From the human T2T-CHM13v2.0 reference genome, Homo sapiens, in NCBI RefSeq assembly GCF_009914755.1, contig NC_060936.1: 64,000 bases of DNA, one strand, 5' to 3'. Under the pieces are notes generated by a model, which was not told the origin of the DNA, made no database searches, and saw only the letters and a program-made list of their open reading frames with translations. Positions within the stretch are counted from its first letter, which is position 1, and each line of letters begins with the position of its first letter. The position numbers were made by a program, and so were the translations under genes. Below, piece after piece: positions 1-14,069 of this stretch.

Positions 1-2041
1 AGGAAAAGTTAATTATGCACTACTGGATAAAACCATTTATTTGTAAATCAAAATTCATTCTAATAATTTTTTAATGGAAGGTATAATTAATACTCATCTT
101 CACACTGTATCTGTCAGGATTTTCACATCTCAACCCCTCCTTTCTCTCTCCTTAGGTCTTCAAGAAAACTCCTTTAAGAATTTAGAGCAGGTCTTCAGGG
201 TAACTGTACACTTTGTTTAGGAGATACTCTTGTTTTGATGAAAATCCTAAAACAACTCCTTTAAAGGGTTTGTTTAAAAGAATCCACGACATGGAGATAT
301 CCATAAGACTGAAATGCTGCACTTTATTTACATAAGTTTGGACTTTGAAGAAGCGTTTTGTTTTGTTTTGTTGTCAACCCAATAAATCATATTGAGAATC
401 ATGGGTGACTTACAGCGTTCAAGACCTGAAAAAGACAACTAAGAGTGGTCTGGCCTTTTCACCTCTACTCTGGTTACTTAGCCTTCATTAAAGTCATATG
501 ATGAAAACAGAGGATTAAAAATTAGAATTGCCTCTAGAAATAAAGTACTCCACACTATGTCTAAAAGTAGGTAGACTGGCTAAGATTTTATAGGTCTCCC
601 AAAATTGTAAAACCATTTTGATACATGTATGTAGCATTTCTTTAGTATATTTTTAGAATTACATATTTTTCATAATTATGCATGCGGTGAAATCTAATAG
701 GAAAACAATGGAAAAAATTATGGGAACAAAGAAAAGTGCTTTTTATTCCTCCCAAAAACTTGAAATTAATACATGAGGCAATGTTATAAAGAAGTTCATG
801 CTGTAAAATAAAACATGTGTTTTGTTGCTACAGATATATGGTGGCATCATAGTTTAAAAGGGAGGAAGTAGCCTAAAGAATTATATTCAGTATTTTTCAG
901 AGGAAGCATTTTAAATTAAATTATATTTGGAGTAAACTTTTTTAGATTGTCTATTTTCTGATCTGTATATTTTATCCTTACTCTTTTTACTCTGAGTATT
1001 ATGTCAGGAATAAAGGCTGAAGACTGGTAGTAGAGAAAGAAAGTTAGCAAATTTGCAAATTAAAATGCTGGCACAAATCACAGGGAAAAAATTATGCAAC
1101 ATATGACAAAGCAAATGTTTTATCCTTACACCTGCTTAGTGCCATGCCTACTAGGATAACACCTACGACATAACAGGAATTCCGTGAGGGATGACAGGAC
1201 CATATCTTCAGTCACTCTTGTATGGCCACATACTTGAACAATGTTAGTTTTGCAGAAGGAAGTGCCAATTCTGCCTACATGACAATAAGAACAATGTGTC
1301 ATATACCACCTACTGGCAGTCTTTGTCTTTTTACTGAACCTAAATATATCTATGAGCATTGTATTGAACTGACGTCCTTGTTTAGCACATACAAATGATA
1401 TCACGTTTTACATTTAGTTCTGCAATTCTTTTTCTGTCAAAATTAAATGGTTGAATTTTATAGGTGTTAATTTTGAGTTATCTCTATGTTTGTACTCAGA
1501 AGTTCGTAAATAATTTAGAACCTAAAATATGCTATTTACAATGCTTATGGATTCTAGAAAGAATATACACATTGTAAATAAGGAAAAATCTTCTCCTGAA
1601 TATTGTGTAAAACCACAAAGCTCTTCAAAAGTATGTCATGTTGCAAAATTGCCTAATTGAATTTCCAACTTGCCCATTTTTCCAGTAGACAAGTGATTAT
1701 TTTCTCAAGAATGAATAAGTAGGTTGCCATATGAGACTGCATGGCATATGCGTTCTTTACCTGGTAAGATGTCTAGATTCAGAATAACTGGCAATATTTA
1801 TCAACATTATTTAGAAAGAAGAGTTTTCTTCAACAAAATAATTGTTTTAAGCAAACAAGAAAAGAGAAGCGTAAAATATGCATACTCATTGATACCGTTG
1901 ATATTTGAAATAAAAAAACACTGACAATTTTAATAACTGAAGAGCTTGGTCTGACACTCCTGCATAAATATAATGAACTTACCTCTATTTCTGAAAGGTA
2001 ATGTCTGATATTACTATTTTAAAAAAATAGGGAACAAACTA

Positions 2042-2121
2042 TTAGGTTAGTGCAAAAGCAATTGTGGTTTTTGCCATTACTTTTAGTGGCAAAAACCACA
2101 ATTAGTTTTGCACCAGCCTGT
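2042..2121. mobile_element. MADE1 (Hsmar1-derived MITE), near-perfect palindrome
   Basis: TTAGGTTAGTGCAAAAGCAATTGTGGTTTTTGCCATTA...TAGTGGCAAAAACCACAATTAGTTTTGCACCAGCCT matches the 80-bp MADE1 inverted-repeat structure. Confidence 0.9.
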
Positions 2122-2142
2122 TACTTAAATGTCCTAAGTCAG

Positions 2143-2454
2143 GGCCGGGCGTGGTGGCTCACACCTGTAATCCCAGCACTTTGGGAGGCCGAGGCAGGCA
2201 GATCACCTGAGGTCAGGAGTTCGAGACCAGCCTGACCAACATGGAGAAACACCGTCTCTACTAAAAATACAAAATTAGCAGGGCGTAGTGGCACAAGCCT
2301 GTAATCCCAGCTACTCAGGAAGCTGAGGCAGGAGAATTGCTTGAACCCGGGAGGTGGAGGTTGCGGTGAGCCGAGATCGTGCCAATGCGCTACAGCCTGG
2401 GCAACAAGAGCGAAATTCCTTCTCAAAAAATAATAAATAAATAAATAACATAAA
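2143..2454 (+). mobile_element. AluSp/Sq
   Basis: Full dimeric Alu with CCAACATGGAGAAAC and GCAACAAGAGCGAAA diagnostics; 16-bp TSD AAATGTCCTAAGTCAG at 2127-2142 and 2455-2470. Confidence 0.92.
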
Positions 2455-3022
2455 AAATGTCCTAAGTCAGTTTTAAAACTTACAATCACAGAGAAAGCAA
2501 GTGAAAAAAAAAATCCATATATTCACATGCTTTGTTCCTAAATTCATGATACAATAAAGGTAAAGAACAAAACATGAGAAGGAAATGAGTGGACAGAAGG
2601 TGGGACATTTAATTAGCTACTTTATATGTTCCATTAATGCACTCGGTGAAAAAAATTAATATAATACATTGTCAATTTGTAAATGATATCGATATTTGTT
2701 AACCAGGCTTAGAAGCTCTTTTTGGAATGTGTCATATTAACCATGACAATAACAAGAACAGCTACATATCATTAAGCTTTTAATATATGCCAGATGCAAC
2801 ATGTAGAAAGATTACATTATAAAATAAATATAGTAGAATTTTCCTGATAACCCAGTAAGGCAGATTTTTGTGGAGTTTTTGTTTGTTTGGTGTTTGTTGT
2901 TGTTGTTGCTACTGCTTCATCTCATGGTTTGAAAAATGGAAGTTTAGAGAGGTGAATAAAAATTTCCAAGGTTACCAACTAATAAGTGGCAGATCCAAAC
3001 CCAGACCTTTTTGATTAAAATG

Positions 3023-3212
3023 GACAGTTGTCAAATTTAACAAATATAGATACAGGACATCCAGTTGTTCGAATTTCAGATGAACAACAAATAATTGTTC
3101 GGCATAAGTACGTCCCATGCAATCTTTGGAACACACATATACTAAACAATTATTTGTTGTTTACCTGAAATTCATATTTGTCTGAGTATCCTGTGTTTTG
3201 ACTGGCAATCCA
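3023..3212. mobile_element. MER53 (palindromic hAT MITE)
   Basis: GTTGTCAAATTTAACAAATATAGATACAGGACATCCAGTT...ATCCTGTGTTTTGACTGGCAATCC; long self-complementary arms. Confidence 0.8.
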
Positions 3213-3379
3213 ACTCTAAAGCTGATCAAGTTTCTTAACTCTCCGCTATTCTGACTCTGAAAAACCAGCAAGTCTGACCCAGGACGAAGCAGAAAACAGC
3301 CACCACATAGTTTGCTTTCTGGACAAGTAAAGATCAGTGATCACTGTCTAGCTGCCCTTTCAGCGTCATCCAATAGTTC

Positions 3380-3545
3380 AAACGTTCTCAATCTTAAGAG
3401 AGTATAAATATCACCAAGGGTGCTTCTTGAAAATGCAGATTCCCTGCCAGGGCCTTTGGCTAGGCCTAGATGTGTACATTTTTAACAAGAACCCCAGACG
3501 TTTCTATGTAGATGGTTCTTGGCCTATTCCCTGAGAAACGCTGGA
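3380..3545. mobile_element. MER5-type hAT-Charlie MITE
   Basis: GAAAATGCAGATTCC...CATTTTTAACAAG...TGAGAAACGCTG motifs. Confidence 0.6.
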
Positions 3546-4153
3546 ACATCTGGCCTGCTGAAGAAAAATGTAATCCCATTTGAAAAAGTGCTAGACAAAC
3601 TAAAAATCATTTTAGGGATTTATGTGGGCTACCAAATGAGGTCTGACCAAAATGATTAGAAATGCAGTCTGGAAAAATATAGGCTGAGAAAAGATCCAGT
3701 TGAACATTATATTGTCATGATCCAGAGATCAGAAATATTTTTTAAAGTGGGGTACCCAATTAAATCCAAGGCATGTTTGACAGTCTACTACTGTTCTTCT
3801 GGACATTGGCCAAGGGAATTAAAGGCTGATTTCCTTGAAAATGCTAGATACATTAAATTTTAATATTTCCTTTTTTCTCTCGTAGGTTACTCATTTTCAA
3901 TGCAAAGCCTACTCTCTACTAATCAGGCTGGTCATTTAGGGTATAGATGATTCAATCATTATGCCCTTCTTCTAAATTATGTTAGCCTACTGATCTTTAG
4001 AACCTTTGTGTAGACTAAGACATTAAAATGAGAATCAATTTGAGTAAATTAGTGTAACTAAATGCTTTTCACCTAAATGCTATATAAGAGTTCAAATCCT
4101 AAGAAATCTTATAATGATACAGCTCAGTTACTTTGTAATTTTATCTCACCACA

Positions 4154-4270
4154 TTTTTTTACAGACAGGGTCTTGCTATGTTGCCCAGGCTGGTATCACA
4201 CTCCTGAGCTCAATGGACTCTCCCACTCATGAGTAGCTGGGACTACAGGCTCATGCCACTACGCCCAGCT
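4154..4270 (-). mobile_element. FLAM/AluJ monomer fragment
   Basis: GACAGGGTCTTGCTATGTTGCCCAGGCTGG...GTAGCTGGGACTACAGGC. Confidence 0.75.
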
Positions 4271-4682
4271 CTTTATCTCTCCTTATTCTTTCTAATGTTA
4301 CCTATAACCATTTTGGTATCTGGATTCTTAACTGTTACACTCTATTTCCTTACCTTATATGTCCACAGCATTTAAAAATCTGTTATTTCAGTAACAAGAT
4401 GACTATTTAAAAAAAAATTCACATCAGCAACAATCCTACCATTCCTAATTTGCTGTTTTATGCCTCCTAGGAAGAACAGAAGGCCATCAGTAGATAATAA
4501 CTGACCAAGCTTTTAAAAGTTATTGAATCATCTTCATTTTACATATTATACAAATGATTTTCCCAAAGTTTCTGTTTGTATGCTGAAATACCACATCAAA
4601 TAGGTTTGGATCTGCAGTAAATATCAGAGCCATGCCTCAAGTAAATAGGCATAGTGAATCTTCAGAGGGATTATTAGGTAAG

Positions 4683-5050
4683 TGTATTAGTCTGTTCTCA
4701 TGCTGCTAATAAAGACATACCCAAGACTGGGTAACTTATAAAGAAAAAGAGGTTTAATGGATTTACAGTTTCATATGGCTAGAGAGGCGTGACAATCATG
4801 GCAGAAAGCAAAGGAGAAGCAAAGGCATGTCTTGCATGGCAGCAGGCATGTCTCGCATGTGTGCAGGGGAACTGCCCTTTATAAAATCATCAGATCTCGT
4901 GAGGCTTATTCACTATCATGAGAACAGCATGGAAAAAACCTGCCCCCATGACTTAATTACCTCCCATTGGGTCCCTCCCAAGACACATGGGGATAATGGA
5001 AGCTACAATTCGAGATGAGATTTGGGTGGGGACACAGCCAAACCATATCA
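4683..5050 (-). mobile_element. Solo THE1 (THE1B-like) MaLR LTR
   Basis: TGTATTAGTCTGTTCTCATGCTGCTAATAAAGACATACC...GACACAGCCAAACCATATCA; 5-bp TSD GTAAG on both sides. Confidence 0.9.
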
Positions 5051-5131
5051 GTAAGAATTGTCATCCATGTTAGACCCTGAAAATCCTTTTCTGAGGAGCC
5101 TATCATGTGCTGAATTCCACTTGTGTCTTGC

Positions 5132-5153
5132 TCTCTCTCAATCTCTCTCTCTG

Positions 5154-5185
<32 letters not shown>

Positions 5186-5197
5186 GCACACACACAC
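5132..5197. repeat. (CT)n(CA)n compound microsatellite
   Basis: Direct reading. Confidence 0.9.
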
Positions 5198-5439
5198 AAA
5201 TCATACCACACAAAACTAGAACTATGTTATTTGTATTAACATGCTCTGGACTAAAGGTATGAGAGTGGCTCCTCATCTCTCTATGGAACTTAGAACAGAA
5301 GCATTGTGCAGCCGTTTCCTTCATCCATAAAACATTTTCTTACATGATGTCTACTTTTGCTAGATGGCTGAGTGGTTGGGTAAATGGAATGGCACTATCT
5401 CTCCTTACTAAGAATTATATATTCCCACTAGTAGACAGC

Positions 5440-6520
5440 ATGTACAATTTCACTTACCTAAAGAATTCTGGGTCTTTCGCCCTTCACATAAACTTTTACA
5501 TTGGCTTATCAATTTTTTCAAAATGTCTATTAGTATTTAGAGTAGGATTACATCAAATATATAGATCAGTTTAGGAGAAGACTATTGTGTCAACAAAATT
5601 GAGTCTTCCAATTCATGAAGCTATCTTGTCATTAGTTTAAATTTTCTTTATTTCATACAGTTTGTTTTTCAATTCTAGAATTCCCATTTAGCTCTTTTAT
5701 TACGGTTTCAATATCTCCACTGAATTTACCATTATTCCCTTGAGTTTTCATTCATTAAAAATATGGTTTTTGCTTATTTTTACTTTATTGAAGATATGGA
5801 TAATATCACTTCAAAATTCTTGTCTGACAGTTCTCACACGCAATTCATCTTAGACTCAGTCTCAATGAATTTTCTCTTGAGAATGTGTTTCTTTTTGCCG
5901 GTTTTCTTTTTTTGTTTCATATTTTGGGTAATCTCGGATTGTATTCTTGACAATATGAATTTTAAGTTGTGGAGGTTCTGGATTCTGTTATTTTTCTTTG
6001 ATGGATGTGGTTTATTTTGTTTTAGTCAGTAATTTTCCTGGCTGCATTTGAACTTCAAAACATTCTTGATTTTTTCAGTGGTATCCCGTGTCTCAGCTCA
6101 GCTCTTTTGCCTTTTGCTGGGCTGCTTTGAGTCTGTTTTATGCCTATCTGGTTCAAGAGACAGTGAAAAATACAGCCAGACAGAATTTGAGGATTCTTGT
6201 CTGGCCCTTACCCTTGTGAGATTCACCTGCTCTCTTTAATGGTTAGGGTTTTGTGTCTACATGCTTCTGGTTCCCCTTGCCAAAAAGACTGGCTTTTTGG
6301 TGTGTATTCCCCTAGTCTGCACCTAGTCCAGGTAAAAGCTGTAGAGAGGGAAACCTACTTAAGGAACTCCCCAAGTTCCCATCTCCAAGCAAACATGGAT
6401 TCCCCACCAGATCTGCCTTCTTCTGTTCACCGTTTAGTACTTTCGCGCAATTGCTTTGTGTGCTGCTTCCAGGGTTTCTAATTATTTTCTGTAGAGTGAC
6501 TTGTCCCATAGGGTCTTAGT
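5440..6520 (-). mobile_element. Old, decayed L1M fragments
   Basis: T-rich L1 antisense motifs (ATTGAGTCTTCCAATTCATGAA, TTCTAGAATTCCCATTT); boundaries approximate. Confidence 0.5.
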
Positions 6521-7179
6521 CTATTATCCCATAACCTATTAAATAGTACTCTCTACCTAAGAAATTAGTCCGCCAAATTGCAAAGATAATATTGAATCTA
6601 TGAATTAAACTCGGACTTATTGGAAATACTCTCTTTACCCCACTAGAGACAACTTCCTTAATTACTGGTGAGTCCAACATGGCTAGACTCTTTCAATTCA
6701 GCGTTGGTCACTCTTGAACATCTAGATTCTAGGAACTCTTTATCTATTACAGCACAGTCTTTCCTTCATCAGTATGGACATTAGCCTGTAACGTAAAATG
6801 GTAAAGCTGAAAGTGATAAACCCCTGGTCATTGTTTTCAAAAGATTTAAAAAAAAAAGTAAAAGAGAAACTGGACAGTTTCGACTGAAATGAGATTTGGG
6901 AAGTTCCACAGGATTTGTTTTCCCATGCCTTTTTTGACTTCGGTCCCTGTTTTAGGTGTGACTGCTGATACAGCCTGCTCTTCAAACTGTCCTCTTGAAA
7001 CTGATATTAATCTCTTTTTTTAAATTTAGTGGATTTACCAACTTACTAATTAAATATTTATTTTCTAAATGTTTACCTCTCCTTCCCAATTCTGTTTTTT
7101 TCTCTGGCACTTATCTTCATTTCCCATGATTTTTTCCCTTTTAATGTACCACCCACCAAGACTCTAGTTTACCAAATAT

Positions 7180-7503
<324 letters not shown>

Positions 7504-7954
7504 CCAAATATTCTTAATGTAACTTTTTAATTGAGCCATTCTTGAATCCCTCTTTCATTCTCAAATCCCTGCAGATTCATGGCAGAGACAGGTCACAAAA
7601 GCTTCAGTGTCTTTCCTTCTTTGACTTTCTTCATTTTCTTCTAACAGCAGACTTAGCATTCTTCTTGCAATACTGAAAATATTTGCTTAGGATTTTATCC
7701 TAATACCCCACCCAGTGAGACATTAGTGCTAATGAAACAGCAGGGAAATGTCACACAGAATTTTCTCCATTCTAAAACTTAATGACTAAAAAGAATCTTT
7801 ATTTAATTAAATTTTTTATGTGTCTTATTTTCAGTCTTAAACAACACTGAATTTCTCAAGGCACTTATTTGCAAGTTTCCATTTCTTTTGTGTTAAGGAC
7901 ATCTCGAATTCTTGGCTAGATATCAGCAGAAAAGTCATTTTCCCTTGAATATGA

Positions 7955-8369
7955 TGATATGGTTTGGATATTTATCCCCTCCAAATCTCATGTTGAAATG
8001 TGATCCCTGATGGTGGAAGTGGGGCCTGGTGGGAGGTGTTTAGTTCATGGGGATAGATCCCTCATAAATGGCTTGGTGACCTTCTCATGGTAATGAGTCC
8101 ATTCTCACTGTGAGTTCACATGAGACCTGGTTGTTTAAAAGAGTATGTCACTTCCCTTCTGTCTCTTGCCCCCGCTCTCACCGAGTGACATCACCTGCTC
8201 TTTCTTTGCCTTCCACCATGATTGAAAGCATCTGGAGACCCTCATCAGAAGTAGATGCTGCAGCCATGCTTACACAGCCTACAGAATTGTGAGCCAATTA
8301 AACGTCTTTTCTTTATAAATTAGTCCATTTCAGGTATTTCTTTATAGCATTGGGAAAATGGACTGACAT
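7955..8369 (+). mobile_element. MST (MSTB-like) MaLR solo LTR
   Basis: TGATATGGTTTGGATATTTATCCCCTCCAAATCTCATGTTGAAATGTGATCCC...CTTTATAAATT...GAAAATGGACTGACA. Confidence 0.85.
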
Positions 8370-10489
8370 GTATGAGTAGTAAATGGAATTTGCCTCACAG
8401 ACATACTCTAGATTTCCCGACAATTTCATAGTGAAGCAGGTCACTGAGCAGGGCCATCATCCAGGGATCTCTAAAAGCCCACGGACATTGACATCCAATC
8501 AGAGAGGTCAGGTAAGATACAAATAAACTGTCAGTAATGATTTTTTAAAAATATTCTTTTCCTGTATGTTGAAAGAAAGTAACTGCTGATCTATATGGAT
8601 CTGACATAGTTTTGCAGTACTTACTCTGTGTCAAACACTGTTCATGCATATTAACCCAACTGCAATGGGTTCTATTCTCTTTCTGCTAAAGTTCAAGAAC
8701 GTATATAAGATCATACACCTAGAGTGTGGCAGAGCTGGGGTTTGTGCCCTGGTATTTAGTTCTAGAGTTTGTCCCCTCACCCAACCCACAAACCTGCTAT
8801 CTTAGTGTATGTCACTTATATCCTTAATAGAGGAGAGGACTCCAAGAAAGGACTCAAATCCAACAATAAATGGAGAATAGAGATGCCAGGATAAACGAAA
8901 ATGCTCCAAAGACACTTGGAATCTACAGACAAAAACAAATGGTAATAAAGTGAATGGGAACACATCATGTATTCGACTGAACCATAGGAAATTGCCATTT
9001 TTGTATATCAAAAACGACTGAATATCAACAATTTCAAATGGCTCAGTCTAATATTAAACCAGGATACTTAAAATAGATGCTCAAAGGGAAAACCTACTAG
9101 TAGGTTGGAATTAAAAGCATTAGCTGGTTTAGCGAGTTCTAGGAATTAGTGAGATGTGGTTGGGTGAGACGGTTGAAGTTACATATTCTTAAAGGTCTTT
9201 TCTGTCAATGTGGGAGAATGGGGAAGTAAAAATGTACTGAAAGTCTTAGTGAAGAAAGGCAGAGCTAGGAACAAGAACGCCTTGGTGTGGTGGGCAGTGT
9301 GTCAGTATCTTCTTTTTGTAGAATGGTGAAGAAATATGTGCTTGATTACAGCATCAGAAAAAGGAAGGTAGCTCCTGGGAAGCTGCTCTTCACTGCAGGC
9401 ATGTAACCAGGGTCTGCAGAGCAGGCAGGTCAGGAAGGGGACTTCCCTTTTTGCGAATGGCAAATGAAATTTCTCACACCTGGTCAAAGCTTCTTTCTCT
9501 GTCGGAGGTATCATCCACAGTAGTAGAGAATCTAAATATGCACGTGTCTTTATGAGCTGCCTCTGGTAGAATACAACAATGCAAAAATATTGTGACCTAA
9601 AAAAACTGTCTGAATTTGTACTGTTGGGCAAAGTTGTAAACATTACTGACATTTCTTGAAGTCAACTTAATTGTACTTTCTAGCATTCTTGCTTCATTGC
9701 TTTTGACTAGACTGACATATACTCATAATTATAGTATTCTTAATAATTACATCTATGTCCAAATGTCTTTCAGAAACCAGAACACACAACTAAGACTGCT
9801 TGAGAAAAAAGCTTTAAAATGATTATAATGTTCATGAAAATGAATAGTTAGAAGCAAGTTTTGGGTAAAATCTTAAGAGCCATGTTTGTTTCTGTCTTCC
9901 ATTTCATTTCCCTTCTCTATTGAACAGGATGCTCTCTGAGCTAGCATATGTTCAATGCTTGTGTAGTATTTAGATTATCTTTGGAAAAGGTTGGAATTTC
10001 CTTTTTACTACATAGTTAGCATACTTAATGGGACACAGTAAACTTAGATACAACTCCAGTGTTATTGAAAAGGGAAATATAAACTTGAAAATTGTAGAAA
10101 ACACTGTAATTTGAACACATTGTTTAATATGTCCATTTTAGCATGGTATACTAAATTTAGCAGAAAGGAGGAAATACACTAATAAGAAAGTTACTTGAAC
10201 TGGAAATAATAGTATAACTTATGACCCTCTTGGAGAAGGCTTCAGTTGAATCTGTGACAGACTCAAAGTTGAGGATACTCAAAAAAGACAAAAAAATGCA
10301 AAGTATGCTAGAGAGAAGTCATACCAATTGATGACAGTCCAGTGACCAGTGCCCAATATCTACTGAAAATGGAAGAGGTTAGGAGAAGACAAATCATTCC
10401 AGTAATAACAAGCATCAAATACTTTGATATGTTTAATTGAGAGATTACATTCTCCTCCCTATAGCCTGGCTGAGAATTGACAGGTTATT

Positions 10490-13400
10490 TAAACTTTTAA
10501 GTTCAGGGGTACATGTGCAGGTTTGTTATACAGGTAAACTTGTGTCATGGGGGTTTGTTGTACACATCACTTAATCACCCAGGTATTAAGCCTAGTACCC
10601 ATTAGTTATATTTCTTGATCCTCTCCTTCCTTTCACCCTCTGCCCTCCAATAGGCCTCAGTGTCTATTGTTTTCCTCTAAGTCTTCATGTGTTCTCCTCA
10701 CTTATCTCCCACTTGTAAGTGGGAACATGCAGTATTTGGTTTTCTGTTCTTGTGTTAGTTTGCTAAGGATGATGTCCTCCAGCTCCATTCATATTTCTGC
10801 AAAGGACATCTCATTCTTTTCATGGCTGCGTAGTATTCCATGGTATATATGCACCACATTTTCTTTATCCAGTCTACCACTGATGAGCATTTAATTTCAT
10901 TCCATGTCTTTGTTACTGTGAATAGTGCTGCAATGAACATACATCTGCATGTGTCTTTATAATAGAATACTTTATATTTCTTGGGGTATATACCCAGTAA
11001 TGGGATTTCTGGGTCAAATGGTATTTCTGTTTTTAGGTCTGAGGAATTTCCACACTGTCTTCCACAATGGTTGAACTAATTTCCACTCCCACCAACAATG
11101 TATAAGCATTCCTTTTTCTTTGCAACCTTGCCAGCATATGTTACTTTTTTTTACTTTTTAGTAATAACCATTCTGACTGGTGTGAAATGGTATCTCATTG
11201 TGGTTTTGATTTGCATTTATCTAATGATCAGTGATGTTGAGCTTTTTTTCATATGAGTTTTGGCCACAAATGTCTTCTTTTGAAAAGTGTCTGTCCATGT
11301 CTTTTGCCCACTTTTTAATGGAGTTACTTATTTTCTTCTCATAAATTTGTTTAAGTTGCTTATAGATGCTGGATATTAGACCTTTGTCAGATGCATGGTT
11401 TGCAAAAATTTGCTCACCTTCTTTAGATTGTCTGTTTACTCTGTTGATAGTTTCCTTTGGTGTGCCGGGGCTCTTTAATTGTATCCCGTTTGTCAATTTT
11501 TTGCTTTCATTGCAATTGGTTTTAGCATCTTTGTCATGAAATCATTGCCTGTTCCTATGTTCAGAATGGTATTGCCTAGTTTGTCTTACAGGGTTTTCAC
11601 AGTTTTGGGTCTTTCATAAGTTTTTAATTCATCTTGAATTAAGTTTTGTATATGGTATAAGGAAGAGGTCCAGTTTCAAGCTTCTGCATATGGCTAGCCA
11701 GTTATCCCAGCACATTTATTAAATAGGGGAATCATTTCCCCATTGCTTGTTTTTGTCAGGTTTGTTAAAGGTGAGATAGCTGTAGTTGTATGGGCTTGTT
11801 TCTTGGTTTTCTATTATGTAACATTGGTCTATGTGTCTGTTTTTGTACCACTACCATGCTGTTTTGGTTACTGTAGCCCTGTAGTATAGTTTAAAGTAAG
11901 GTAGTGTGATGCCTCCAGCTGTGTTCTTTTTGCTTAAGATTGTCTTGGTTATTTGAGCTCTTTTTTGGTTCCATATGAATTTTAAAATGTTTTTTTCTAG
12001 TTCTGTAAAGAATGTCAATGGTAGGTTGATAGGAATATCATTCAGTCTGTAAATTTCTTTGGGCAGTATGACAACTTTAATAATATTGAGTCTTCCTATC
12101 CATGAGCATGGGATGGTTTTCCATTTGTTTGTGTCATCTCTGATTTCTTTTGTTTGTTTGTTTGTTTGTTTGTTTGAGATGGAGTCTTGCTCTGTCGCCC
12201 AGGCTAGAGTGCAGTGGCACGATCTCGGCTCACTGCAAGCTCTGCCTCCCGGGTTCAGGCCATTCTCTTGCCTCAGCCTTCTGAGTAGCTCTGATTTCTT
12301 TTAAGCAGTGGTTTTTAGTTCTCCCTGTAAAGAGCTTTCACCTCCCCAGTTAGCTATGATCCTGATTTGACTCTCAGCTTGACTGTTGTTGGTGTATAGG
12401 AATATTAATGATTTTTCCACATTGATTTTGAATCCTGAGACTTTGCTGAAGTTGTTTATTAGCTTAAGGAGCTTTTTGGCTGAGACTACAGGGTTTTCTA
12501 GATATAGAATCATGTCATCTGCAAACAGGGATGGTTTAGCTTCCTCTCTTCCTATTTGGATGTCCTTCATTTCTTTCTCTTGCCTGATTGCCCTGGCCAG
12601 GACTTCCAATACTTTGTTGAATAGGAGGGGTGAGAAAGGGCATCTTTGTCTTGTGTCACTTTTCAAGAAGACTGCTTCTAGCTTTTGTTCATTCAGTAGA
12701 ATGTTGGCTGTGGGTTTGTCACAGATGGCTCTTTTTATTTTGAGGTATGTTTCTTGAAAACCTAGTTTATGGAGAGTCTTTAACATTAAGTGGTGTTAAA
12801 TTTTATTGAAAATATTTTCTCCATCTCTTGAGATAATAATGTGGTTTTTGGCTTTAGTTCTGTTTATGTGATGAATCACATTGATTGATTTGCATGTGTT
12901 GAACCAACCATGTACCCCAGGGATGAAGCCTACTTGATCATAGTGGATAAACTTTCTGATGTGCTTCTGGATTTGGTTTGCCAGTATTTTGTTGAGGATT
13001 TTTACATTGATGTTCATCGAGGATATTGGCCTGAAGTTTCCTTTATGTTGTTGTTGTTCAGTCTCTGCCAAGTTTTGGTATCAGGATGATGCTGGTCTCA
13101 TAGAATGAGTTGAGGAGGAGTTCCTCCTATTCAATTTCTTTGAATAGTTTCAGCAGGAATGGTACCAGATCTTCTTTGTACATCTGGTAGAATTCAGCTG
13201 TGAATCCATTTGGTCCTTGGCTTTTTTTGATTGGTAGGCTATTTATTACTGACTCCCAGGCACTGGAGGGGTAAGGAAAGCAAAACCCTCCCACGCAGAA
13301 AAGCACCAGCAAAGCAATGTGTGGGAGTTGTCGTGGGCCCTGGGGAAGCTGCAGTATGGGGAGGGGGCATGGAGGCTGTTGTTTGGCTGTAGGGGCTGCC

Positions 13401-14069
13401 ATGCTGGAGCTCTCTGCTGATCAGGAACAGTCTGCCAGTGCAGAAGCTGTGGTGCTGGCCCCCTGGGCACCCAAGACTGCCCTGCCAGCAGGTGTGGCCA
13501 TTCTGAGACCTGGGAGAAGCCATCAGACCAAAGGGTGCTCTAGTAGGACCAGCTTCATCTGATGGGCAGAATCGCCCTGCAGAGTTCAGGTCTGACAGTT
13601 CCGTTAGAACTAACATCTCCTATGGGAGCAAGTAAAGCCTAGGGAGATGGCTGTCCTTGGCTATGTTCTGCTATAGATGCTCCCACATCAAACCCTCTGG
13701 GCTCCACATCAGCTGGCGTGCTGACCCTATTACTTCTTTAAGCAGCTCTCCATGCCAATTTGAGTGTCCATGGTGGTCAAGGGGTCTCCTCCCACATGGG
13801 TTCTAGAGGCCCATGGTAAGAGCGGGTTACTTCTTGCCCGTTCAACTCACCTGTTCCCCTGGAGCCACTGGGGGCCGGGAACAAGTCCCAGCACACTATA
13901 GCACATGCAGTGTTCCCAGCTTTCTCCCCCTTTAGCCCAGCTTCTATGTCTTCCCTTCATCCACTCTCAGTGCCTTCCCTCTAACGATCTGTCAGGAGCA
14001 CGCTAGTCATCTCAGTCCCTCAGTGAGAGCTGTTCCACTGCATCTAATTGGACATCTTGCCACCAAATC
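10490..14069 (-). mobile_element. L1PA13-like LINE-1: 3'UTR + ORF2 3' half joined directly to a GC-rich 5'UTR
   Basis: 3' end motif AAGTTCAGGGGTACATGTGCAGG; ORF2 RT remnant [13 protein letters not shown] (12301-12786); abrupt switch at about 13252 to a 5'UTR that begins GGCAAGATGTCCAATTAGA; decayed TSD candidate GAGAA(T/G)TGACA..TATT at 10472-10489 and 14070-14086. Confidence 0.8.
12152..12290 (-). mobile_element. 5'-truncated AluY-type right arm inserted in the L1
   Basis: (GTTT)n tail + GAGATGGAGTCTTGC...GAGTAGCT; 14-bp TSD CTCTGATTTCTTTT at 12138-12151 and 12289-12302. Confidence 0.88.

Noticed and set aside
1126-1404. 92-aa Cys-containing ORF in unique sequence
   Set aside because: No recognisable domain, no convincing splice context, and no support beyond chance.
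2139-2489. 116-aa ORF, and similar ORFs at 17699, 42019, 57023 and 58111
   Set aside because: Translations of Alu sequence.
12301-13402. ORFs with reverse-transcriptase-like content (161, 91 and 91 aa)
   Set aside because: Frameshifted fragments of L1 ORF2 in a decayed element, not a novel RT system.
13239-13616. GC-rich stretch with overlapping ORFs, resembling an exon or CpG island
   Set aside because: CpG-depleted, and it ends in an L1 5'-end motif; best explained as L1 5'UTR.
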